A DNA stretch of 64,000 nucleotides from Cenococcum geophilum. Lineage: Eukaryota. The first letter of the stretch is position 1, and every line of letters begins with the position of its first letter. The DNA lies in the NCBI GenBank assembly GCA_050273025.1, contig CP158635.1, positions 248,001 to 312,000 of the forward strand. The letters run 5' to 3'. Shown piece after piece: positions 1-11,239 of this stretch. The notes beneath the pieces are model-generated. The model was given only the letters and a program-made list of their open reading frames with translations, did not search any database and was not told the DNA's origin. A program made the translations under genes and the position numbers.

Positions 1-260
1 TATAGGATCTATATAATCTATAATAGAGTAGATAGAGCACGTATATATTACGTATAAGAAGGATTTTATAGGAGTATGGTTATGTATTTAAGGACCCTTA
101 GTCCCTACCTAGATAGTTCCTTCCTTATAGTAATTCTTAGAATACAATTAGAGTTAATCTATTAGGCAACCACTCCACTAGTTATTATTACGTTGTTAAC
201 TTTAATTTATATTACCTATATACCTAGCCTAATAACGAGCCTACCGTAGTACCTACTATA
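1..260 (+). repeat. Partial LTR of the element-A family, in opposite orientation to element A (truncated by the window start)
   Basis: Reverse complement aligns with 4103-~4362 and 17526-~17785 with mostly C>T/G>A differences. It is followed by AGGTTCTGTTATA, matching the AGGTTCCGTTATA that follows A's 5' LTR. Confidence 0.93.
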
Positions 261-489
261 AGGTTCTGTTATAGAGGAGTTATTTAACTGCTAGTAAAAA
301 AAGACTTTTAACCTATAGATACTAGTTAGTAGGGATTTGCGAAGCAAATCCTATCCCTCCGTCGTACTGCGCAGCCCCCTGCCCCGCTACGCTCCCTCTA
401 TAAAAGATATAAAGTCAGCTACTACGCAGCCTCCTTTATATCCTCGCAGGGGGAAGCGTAGTAGGGTAGGGGACTGCGCTGCGGGGGCT

Positions 490-1500
490 GCTTTGCAGTG
501 GGGGGTAAGCTTTAGACAAAGCTTCGTGCGGAGGTTCGCGCAAAGCCTTATGCAGAACCGCGTGCGGCGTAAAGGCATGTGGACGTATAGATGTCTAGAC
601 GTGCGGACGTTTATACAGGCATTTATATAGACGTTCGTATAGGCGTTCGTGTAGGTAATTAATTAATAAATCGATTAATTGTAGAGCCGTTCGAGTAGAT
701 AATTAATTATATCAGTGCTGCGTGTTAGTAGAGCTTAGAGTAGAGTGTCGTGTAGAGCTGCGGGTAGAGCCTCGCGTAGAGTTTTTAAGTAGAGCTTAAG
801 TAGAGCTCCGTGCAGAGCCTTAATAGAGCTTTAAGCAGAGCTTTAAGCAGAGCTTTAGTAGAGCCTCGTGCAGAGCTTTGAGCAGAGCTTTGAGTAGAGC
901 TTTGAGCAGAGCTTTAAGTAGAGCTTTAAGTAGAGCTTCGAGTAGAGCTTCGAGTAAAGCTTCGAGCAGAACTTTAAGTAGAGCTTCGAGCAGAGCTTTA
1001 AGTAGAGCTTTGAGTAGAGCTTTGAGCAGAGCTTGGTTAGAGCTTTAAGTAGAGCTTTAATAGAGCTTCTCTATATAGACCTTGTATTTAGGCTTATTTT
1101 TAAAGGCCTTGTAAAGGGCTTTATATAGAGCTTTAAGTAGAGCTTTGTATAGGCGTTCGTGCAGGCGTTTGTGTAGACATTTATAGAGACATTTATAGAG
1201 ACATTTATAGAGACGTTCGTATAGACAATTATATGGGCAATTATATAGATATTTAATTAATTAATTGTATAGGTATTCGTACGGGCAATCATGCGACATT
1301 TATAGAGCCGTTCGTAAAGACGATTGTATGGCGACTAATCGTATGGGCGTTCGTACGGCCGATTGTAGAACTTCCTAGTATATTAGTGCTGCATGTTAGT
1401 AGAGCTTTAGAGCTCTATATAGGGCTTTAAGCAGAGATTTGAGTAGAGCTCTAAGTAGAGCTTTAAATGGAGCTTCATGCGGAGCTTTTGCAGAGCTTTA
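490..1500 (+). repeat. Degenerate 12-bp minisatellite (GCAGAGCTTTGA / GCAGGCGTTCGT-type units) with a higher-order ~670-bp duplication
   Basis: More than 20 tandem AGAGCTTT(G/A)AG(C/T) units at ~780-1070. The block CAGTGCTGCGTGTTAGTAGAGC at ~712 recurs at ~1383. Confidence 0.9.
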
Positions 1501-1895
1501 GTAGGACGCGTATAGTCGTAAAAAAATCTAACTGCCCTTTTACTACGCCACTATAAAGCTATTATAAAACTAGCTGCTTATAGATAACATAGATAGTAGA
1601 GTAAAGAGGCTATATTAGAGATATAGAGCTTTAATTATATATAGTTGTGGTATAGTTAGGGGTAGTTAATATTTAATTTTGGTAAGGGAACGCGTATTAA
1701 GACATTTTATAGCATACAAATACTTCTACACCTAAGAATATATTATAAAACTGCCAATATATGCCAATAATTTATATAATCTTTAATTCGAAATAAGTAT
1801 ATTTCTATTATAATTATTTTATTTAAATTATTGCTAATATTTAAATATTAACACTACAAATATTGGCTGGAATTTCGCTTATTAAAAACCACGCT

Positions 1896-3871
1896 GGGTA
1901 TGCTTTTATATGGGAGTTGCTTTGGTGGTTATAGGTAGGACTTAGTCGGTACGGGTACTACTAGCGGTAGCGGCGGTCCGTAAAGTAGGCATCTAAGTTA
2001 GTTTATAAGATTTATAGGTCCGTAATAAAGGCTTAAGTACTATTTAGCGGGTTTAAAACTTTGTACGTTATAATAGAGGACCGTAAATCATTAATAAGGC
2101 TAGTTAAGGTATCTGTAGGCTTATAATAGGCGTACTTATAGGGCTCTATTTCCTAGTAAGCTGTAATAAGTTTGTTATATAGGAAGTTATCTATTTAAAG
2201 CTTAATATTAAGGCTGTATTATAGGTGCTGAAGGTCTTTAATAAGGATTTACAGGCACTTTATAGTCAATTTTTCGGTATTTATATTAATTACGGTCCGT
2301 AACTTAATCGCATTCTATTAGGTAAGGATATTACGCCTATATTCTAGCCCTTTAAAGTAGTTGCGTATAGCTTTATATAGCTTATTAAAGGGAACACTAA
2401 GGGGGTTACTCTTAAGGTTAGTATAGTAGTAGTTAAGAGCTAGGCTGTGTAGCATAGTAGAATAGGCTTAGTTAAATTCCTATTTAGGAATATTAGCCTT
2501 CTAATAGAGGTCCGTAAAGATAATAAGTTTAAAGTTAAAGTTATCGTTTTTACCGCTATACTTAGATTTGTTAGTATAGAGCTTAGCTAAGTTAGCTAGC
2601 TCCTTACCGTAGGTCTTTACTTAAGTAGGTAGTGGATCTATAACTTAGGTAGGTTATAGATCTATAGGTTAGGTAATAGGAGGGTTTTAGTCCATATTTT
2701 AGTATACGGGGGTATTATAGTCTGTAACTTAAGTACTAGGTATACTTTAGCCTATAAGATTAATTCTAAAATCGCTTAGGTTTATAGAATGAATTTAGTT
2801 AAGTAGGTTAGGTATAAGGCTAGTAATGCTATTAAGTTTAGGAGAAGTAAAGATTTTATTAGTAGGTTTGACCTAGTCTAGGATTTCCTCTTTAGTCTAT
2901 TCCGTTTAGTCCTTCTCCTGTATTATATTGTATAAGGACTATATAATAGTAACTTATTTATTCTTTTTAACCTATATACCTTAGTAATATAAAAGGGTTC
3001 ATAGGTTATAAATGGCAGTAGGGTTATAAGCCTTAAAAATAGCTTCCGTAAAGTCCGTAAAGTCTTCCTTATATTGCTCCTACAGGTCGTTATTTATAAG
3101 CTTAAAATATCTATATTTAAGGATTTTGTATTTAATATAGTTGTTAACGTTAGTTATAGACGTAAGGTTAACTCCTTATCTCTATTTCTCTTAACCTTTA
3201 TTAATCTACTTACTTATATCTGCTATACTATGTAGTATAGTATATAGCGGGTAGTAGTAGCTTGTAGTGGGTGGAGGAGGTTTTATAACGGTCCGTAAAA
3301 TTAATTAATAGGTCCGTAATAGTTTAAGAGGTCTTATAATAGTCCGTAAAGGCAATTAATAGGTCTATAATAGTTTATAGAAGGGTAAGAGGTTTCTGTA
3401 AAAGGTCTGGAGGGGTTTAAGGTTTAAGGGGATTAAGGATAGGGGTTTCCGTAAGGGTCTGTATTCGCGTTTATAAACTTCCGGTAAACTATATTAAGAC
3501 TTAAATAAGTATACAGAGTTAGTAATAGTCTGTAATCCCCTAACTTCTAACCTTCTAGTAGGTTGTACTAGGATTAAATGGGTGGTTGCTATCGTGTATC
3601 GCTTAGGGGAGGTATTAAGTAATTGCTAATCTATGCGCGCTTACTAATTAGTATTTATATTAATTTAATAATATAATTAAGTCATATCCAGGGGCACGAA
3701 ATACGTATAGTATCGTATGCTCTTTTAGATAGTGGTAACTGTTAATTCTATTAAGGTAGACTATGTGGTTTATATACTAACGCGCCTCCCCCCTAATTAG
3801 TTAGTATATAGGTAGTTAGTGCACCAAACGCGTAACTACGCGTTTAGTATACTATGTGCTGTAATTATATA
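1896..3871 (-). mobile_element. Truncated Copia LTR retrotransposon (5' LTR + gag), same family as element D
   Basis: Reverse complement is colinear with 19868-~21828. LTR at 3652-3871; homology stops abruptly near 1896. Confidence 0.92.
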
Positions 3872-4102
3872 CCTAACATTAGATTGGGGCCTAAATATTA
3901 AATAAATATATATATAGAGTGAAATTATCTAATAAATAGGGACTAGGATAGTAGTAACTTTTAGTTAGTATCTAGTAGAGTATAGGCGTGTATAGTATAT
4001 TCTTTATACGTTAAGGGAGTTAGAATAAGGTAGATAGAGAAGGGCGATATAGCAAATTAGTATTAGGTAGTATTAATTTAACGCTTTAGTAAAATAGAAG
4101 TT

Positions 4103-4513
4103 TGTAGCAAGTACTATAATAGGCTTGTTATTAGGCTAGGTGTGTAGGTAATATAAATTAAAGTTAATAATATAATAATAACTAGTAGAGTGGTTGCCTA
4201 ATAGATTAACTCTAATTATATTCTAAGAATTACTATAAGGAAGAAACTATCTAGGTAGGGATTAAGGGTCCTTAAATACACAACTATACTCCTATAAAAT
4301 CCTTCTTATATATAATATACATATACTTTATCTACTCTATTACGGATTATATAGATCCTATAGATTATATAGATTATATTATATAACCTTAGTTACTATT
4401 CCTTGTTATATAGCTCTATTAACTCTATCTTAGACTATACTTATATTAACCAACTAGCTTCTTCTAACTCTTCTCTAAGTAGTTATAATATTATACTTAA
4501 AGCGTCCATAACA
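4103..4513 (-). repeat. 3' LTR of element A
   Basis: TG...CA ends, direct repeat of 17526-17936, adjacent to the PPT. Confidence 0.95.
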
Positions 4514-5599
4514 TCATCTCCTCCCTCTTTATTTTTGTCCTTAAAGATTCCTAATATCTTTAAGTTGTTTACTAGAGGTATAATATCCGTTTAATTAATT
4601 TAGTTAATATTATTACTTATTATACCTAAAGCAATTTCTTCTTCTTTAACTGCTCGTCACATTCGCACTATTGCTGTAATATTATCTTTTAGTAAGATTA
4701 TACAGTCTCTATATTCTCGCTATTTAAAAGAGAAGTTAGTTTATATCGCGTTAGCAAACCTATCTTCGCAATAATTATCCTCTTACTTAGAGTACACTAA
4801 AGCGAATATTTATTTATTCTATAATGTTCGCTCTATCTCTAATGCTAAATATATATAACCTATTACCCTTAGTAGTCGTCTAGTTCCCTAATTAATTTGT
4901 CTTAGGGTTTTATGTTTAATCTACTATTACATAACTAGATAATAAACTATCTATTACTCTAGCGGAGTTACGCTATTTTTGTAATATAGAATAGGAGGCT
5001 GCCAATACTTAGCAACGGGCTCTTAAGTCTTACCTTACGGCGTCCGCTTGGTTAATCTGTCTTAAAAAGGTACGTAAAAAGGTTTATTTTAAAGAGTGGA
5101 AACTTATAAAATAGGGTCTATAGGAACTTAGTAATAAAAGAAGAGATTCTCCTTTAACTAAGAAGGAAATAGATCTAAGTAGCTCGACAACTGCTCTTCT
5201 TAAGTCCCCCTTAGGTAACTCATTTTTTAGTAATTGTTAGCAACTTAATCAATCGAGACATAAGCACGGCAAAAGGGTCGCGTAAGCCTGTACGATTGGA
5301 TTGTCTATAAACGAGAATCTAAAGCTAAGAAAAGGAAAGGAGAAGAAGAGCAGCGCCGTTCAGTGTTTTATAAGATCTTCGCGTCACATAATCGCAATAT
5401 GCGGCAATCTATGGCAACTTGCCGGTGCGAAGTTCTGCTAAGTTCTGCTAGTGCCGTAATATTACCCCCCCCCTCTAAAAAGCCTGCCCTTAGGCTTTGT
5501 CGCTAAAAGTCTTAGTAAGAGAATCTGATTAATTAGACAACTTTAACTACCGGTTAAAGTTCCTAGATATCTTAATACCTTATATAACTAAGAAATTTC

Positions 5600-8500
5600 T
5601 AGGGCGTTTTTGTCCTTATATTCTTCTGATAGCTTATTATCTTTATTATACTAGCATTCTATCTACTTGTCTAGGTACTTTAGCAGTTTAGGTTTATTAA
5701 GGTAACGGCTATAAAACTTTTAGAGCTTATAGGGACTACCTATAAAGTTCTATATAGGGTACTAAGTGGGGTCTAGGTTATATCCTTTCTAACTAATATA
5801 ATATTTTAACGTTCTCTTTACAAGTTTATAGGCTAGCATTTCTTTAATTTCCTATTTATTATTGCTATTAACTTAAATTAGTAGGGGAGGTTTATTCTTT
5901 TATCTAAGTAGTAGGTTATTTATAGCTTTCTATAGCTTGTCCGGTAAGAAGATAGGGTAAACTTTAATTAAGTCTAGGAGCTTAACCTTGTACGAGTTAC
6001 CTAATTTATTAAAAATCTTATACGGTCCTACTATCTTATAATCTAGCTTATAGCTAGGCCGTTCTATCTTTTAGTTCTTTATTATAACCTAGACTATATC
6101 GCCTATAGTAAAGTTAGGCTTACGCCTATACTTATTTACCTGCTATTCTATTAATTTTTAGGCCTTTTTTAGGTTTATATAGGCTACTTTCTAGGCTTCT
6201 TCTAAGCGCTTAGCGTACTGCTAGGCTTCCTTATAAGATAGTTTTTCGCGTATAGTCTAGGGCTCTTCTAGTCTTTCCTAGTTAAAGCTTATATGGGGTA
6301 GGTAACCCATTTCTAGTTAAATAGGGGCAATTCCGGTAGAGTTATAGGGTAGGGTTGCTTAGGCGTAGTTTATTAAGGGTAATAGTTCGGCCTAGTTATC
6401 CTAGAAGTAGTTAATAAAAGGCCGGAGTCTCTAGTCTAAGTATTAATTTATAATCTTCGTTTAACCGTCTGTCTGGGGGTAATATATTATAGAAAGCTTT
6501 AGCTTAATGCCTAAAATCCGGGTAAACTTATTTTAAAAGGCTAATATAAACTACGGCTTATAGTCGGATATAATAGTATCTAGTAGTCCGTAAATTTAGT
6601 AGACGTAGTAGATATACAGTTAGGCTGCCTCTTTAGCATTAATATTCTTATAATAGGGAATTAAAAATAGGCGCTTACCGAAGCGGTTAACTAGGATTAT
6701 AACTATATTATATCCGTTACGGTCTAGAGGTAGCTTATAAAAGTCTATTGAGATATATTACTAGGGGCGGTTAGGTATTAGGAGGGGTTTTAATAGTCCT
6801 AGGGTCTTATCTCGTAGAATTATAGACCTATAGTAGTTATTACAGTTCTATATATAGCGGTTAATATCTATAATTATTCTGGGCTAGTAGTAGCGGTCGC
6901 TAATAATCCTATAGGTCTTATTTTTTCTAGGGTAAGCCGTAGAGACCTAGGTATGTGCTTCGGCAATAAGCCAAGTCTATAAGTTTTGTTCCTTTACTAC
7001 TACTAGCCGTTTACGGTACTTAAGTAGTCCACTTTTAAGGGACTATAGGCTAGAAACGTTCTTTGCCTTTTCGCGGTACTCCTATAGAGAAGGGGCTATA
7101 CGGTTTACCTGCAGTAGTTTAGTAATAAGGTCTAGTTCTATGGAGTTAATAGGGCATATCTCGGCATTTAAAGAGTCTATATTTAGTTCTGCCCATATCT
7201 AGGAGTTAAGGTGCTCTGGTTATAGTAGCGCTTAGGTCTATAATAAGATCTTTACAGCTGTCTAGTTATTTATATCCTGTTTACACCTTATAAGAGCGTC
7301 TATACGGTTAGTAGCGCCTGGCCTATATATAATTAGGAAGTTAAACTAAGATAGGGTGTCTGCCTAGCGCGCCTATTAGACTATAAGGGCCTTTATTATT
7401 ATAAAATATTCTAAGGCCTTATAATTAGAAACTACCTAGATAGATTTAGGGGTGCTTTCTAGTTATGCTCGCTAGTGCTAAAAGCTAGAGATAATAGCTA
7501 GCATTTCTTTGTCGTGAATTAGGTAGTTTAGCTTAGTATCTACTATAGTCTTCAAATAGTAAGCAATAGGGTGCTATTCTCCATTTGTCTGCTTTTAAGA
7601 ATAAACGCTAGCTATAACACTATTTAAGGCATCGGTTTCTAGTATTAAGGGCCGTTCTAGGTTAAAGTAGGCGAGTAAGGGAGTAGAGACTAGTTGTTTC
7701 TTAAGCTTATTAAAGGCCTGCCTATATACGGTGTTAAAGTAAAAGGGCCGGTCCTTATGGGTAAGTAGGCTTAGTAGCTAGGTAATCCTACTATAGTTCT
7801 TAATAAAGCGTTGGTAGAAGTTATAGAACCCTAAGAATAACTACACCCCCTTTACGGTCCTTGGGGGTACCTATTAGTTAATTACGGCCGTCTTTTTTAG
7901 GTCTGCCTTAATCCTATTTATACTAATAATAAACCCTAAGTACTTTATACGCTTAACACTAAATTTAGACTTCTTAATATTGGCTTAGAGGCTAGCTTCC
8001 TAAAGCCGTTATAGGACTTTATAGATATACTCTTTATATTCTAGTTTGTTTTTAGAGTAGATTATAATATTATCTAGGTATGCTGTATAGAAGTCATTAA
8101 GGTAGTTAAATAGTACGTTATTTATATATCGTTGGTATATGGCCGGTCTTTTAGTTAGTCTAAAAGGTAGTACTTTATATTTATACGTTCCGTAACGGGT
8201 CTAAAACGTAGTAAGGTTTTCTGATTTAGGGTTTATCCTAATTTAGTAAAAAGCCTAGCGGATATTAAGCTTTATAAAGATCTTAGCTTTACTTATTTGG
8301 GCTAAAGTCTTATTAAGTAAAGGTAGTGGGTAGCGGTCTTTAAGGGTTAAATTATTAAGCTTATAGTAGTCGATACAGAAACGAAGTCCTCTATTTAGCT
8401 TTTTAGTAAAGAGAATAGGTAATTTAAAAGGGGCTTAACTAAGCTTAATAAAGCCCTTATCTAGGTTATTAATAAGATACTACTTTATGGCCTGTAATTT

Positions 8501-9700
8501 GGCAGTAGATTACTATTAGAGGGGGCTATAGCTAAGGGTAACTACCTTATCTGGCTTAATTTTAATCTTATAGTTATACGGTCGGTAAGGCGGGAGTATA
8601 TTAGACACTGCTTTAGAGAAGGTGTCTTTAAATTTCTAGTATTAATAGGGCAGTTTCTATTCTACTAGCTTCTTATTTATAAGCTTACCTTTCTTTTAGG
8701 CTAGGGCTTCTTTCTCTTTAATTATTTAATTAATTTTGTATAAGCTAGTTATAAAGGTAACAGTATTAAGCTAAACTAGGTTTTAGTAGAATCCTATAGC
8801 GCTAATGTAGTAAATATTAACTGGCGGGAGGTCTATAGGTTTCTTTATGGATGTTTATTAGGCTGTATTTTACGGTATAGGGTTTATAGTCTTCCTTAGC
8901 TTACGTTTTATTTTCCGCAAGTTATCCTTCTAGTTTATTAGTTTAGTGTGTTATCTAATATCCCTGGCCTTTCTTTGTAGCTATATAGGGCCTAAGTTCT
9001 CTATTAGGGATTTAGCTAGGCTATTACCGACTTCCTAAGTCTTTAATGCGGGTAGTGTAATATAGGTAGTTTAGGGGCGGCGTAGTATACGGATCTGTTG
9101 CGGATTAAGCTATATATCCTTTTTAAAAGCCTAGTCCCTACGTATTATATCGGCCTAGTAAACGGTGTTTATTTACAGCCGTATAAGGTTTTCTATTGTA
9201 ATACTAATCTCTTTTATAAAGGAAGGCGTTAGGGGTATAGTTTTGGGCTAGATAAGCTGCTTATTCCGTATGTTAAGCTATAAGCCTAAATAGGCTAGCC
9301 ATTTTCTCCCTAAGATTATATTATAGCTTTTAAGGTCCGTAATAAGGAAGGGGATATTATACTACCTTTATCTGTTAACGCGGAGGTAGATCCGCAAGAT
9401 AGTTATAATAGGTAGTTTTATCCGTCTGTTATAACCGCGAATAGGAACTAGTTTAGGCAGTTCTTTAAGGGGTACATTTAAAAAGTTAGCCAGTTTTGCA
9501 GCACACTTTATATTAATTAAGGTAAAGGTATTTGCTCCTAAGTTAGCTAAAGTAAAGGTTAAAACTTAATATTTATTGCGAAATAAAGTATAAGGGATAG
9601 TGTAGCTTCTTCTACTAACTAGCCGACCTAAATCAATATATAATATATTAATCCCTTTTAACCCTAGAGAGGAGTCTTCCTTTAGGGTTCCTCTTTTTCT
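5600..9700 (-). pseudogene. pol: pol relic of element B (protease, RT, RNase H, integrase, chromodomain); ends approximate
   Basis: Minus-strand motifs LRFCIDY (~8370-8390), AYLD(D)IIIY (~8057-8083), LETDA (~7630-7645) and HDKEMLAI (~7495-7517); many RIP stops. Confidence 0.88.
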
Positions 9701-10785
9701 AGCTCTATACTATCCTCCTGAATTAATAAAACCTTATTTATCTTTACCTTTATTAGGTAGTTCCTTATAGGGTAGCCTATTTAACTATATAAGAAGTAAG
9801 CTCCTTAATTGCTAAGGGCCTATATATAGGGGTTGCTATATATAGGCCGGGTATATACTAGGCCTATAGTAGGGGTAGCTGCGCAGCTAGCTACTAGGTT
9901 AACTATAGGACTTGCCGATTATACCGGGGTACTACGGGCCGTACTTATAGTACTTATAGCCTAGTTTATAAGGTTTCTAGTTTTTAGCTAGTTAGCGCGT
10001 GCCTTAATTTAACAGAGGCCTTAGTTAATAGCTAGGTAATAGTCCGTAAGTTCCTTTAATATTTATACTATAGTATAAGCTGGTAATACGGCCCGCTATA
10101 GGTCTAGGGTAAGCTTATTAAAGAGGTCTAGTAGTAGGTCTTCCTAAGGGATCTAGGCCTATCTAGCTAGGTGTAAAAAGTGGGTTTAAAAGGCTGAAAA
10201 GGTCTCCATTGTTTTTATATTTAGGCTTTTATAGCTAAGGCGGGCGTTTTATACTTTAAAAGGGTCTTTATAAATAGAAGATAAGTATTTAATTATTTCT
10301 TCTTTAGAGATAAAGGGGTTTATTAAGTCTTTAGTGTATTGCGGGCGTAAATACGTCTAGGCGTCTTCGCCAGTACGGCCGAAAACGTAGGCTATTCTAG
10401 CTCAGGCGTTAGGGAAGTAGTCTATATTAACTTTAATCTTATCCTATAATTAAAGCTTCTAATTGTTAAATATAGGGTTAATTCCGTCTATAAGTAGCGG
10501 GGGATCCGCAACCCTTACTAACCGCTTTAATACTATATAGACCTTAGTGGATCTACTAAGGCGCTAAAATAGGGCCTAAAGGACTATAGTAAGTCTTTAG
10601 TTATCTAATAATGACTTATTATTAGATATAGGGGTATCTCTAGCTTTAAGCAGCTCTTATAGTTATTTAATTTTAGTATTAGTAGCCGTAAGCTTCGCCT
10701 AGGGGGTTAAAACGTTAATTATTTCTTTATCTAAAGTATTTAAGGGTCCTATAGCTGCTTTACCTGCTACTATAGTTTATAGTAT
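9680..10785 (-). pseudogene. gag: gag relic of element B; ends approximate
   Basis: Colinear with the gag of element E (43380 onward); lies upstream of pol. Confidence 0.75.
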
Positions 10786-11239
10786 AGTGGTAGGGGTATT
10801 AGGTAATTCTGGGTAATTTTTTTAGGGGTTCTAGTCTATGTATATCTTATAGGTCCTTTCCTTAGGGTTTTATTCTTTTTTTTAGGTCTTGTCCTTGTAG
10901 TCCTAGTAGTGTCCTTAAGGTCCTATTTTATATTCTTGTAGATATATTTAAGTTCCTTCTTAGGAAGAAAGAGTAGAGTAAGCTTTAGATAATATTAGTG
11001 ACTTAATTAATTGAGATATAAGCACGGTAAAAGGGTCGCGTAAGCCTATATAATTGGATTGTCTATAAATAAGAATCTAAAGCTAAGGAAAGGAAAGGAG
11101 AAGAAGAGTAGCGCCGTTTAGTGTTTTATAAGATCTTTACGTTACGTAATCGCAAGATACGGCAATCTATAGCAACTTGCCGGTGCGAAGTTTTGCTAAG
11201 TTCTGCTAAGTTCTGCTAGTGCCGTAATAGTAATCCTTT

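Larger units (their letters stand above)
5235..11229 (-). mobile_element. Element B: full-length Ty3/Gypsy chromovirus nested in the 3' region of A
   Basis: LTRs at 5235-5461 and 10993-11229; TSD GTAAT at 5230-5234 and 11230-11234; poly-G PPT at ~5465-5476; internal sequence colinear with element E. Confidence 0.95.

Noticed and set aside
780..1070. CRISPR-like or telomeric array
   Set aside because: Tandem units without unique spacers, not TTAGGG, and in a eukaryotic TE context.
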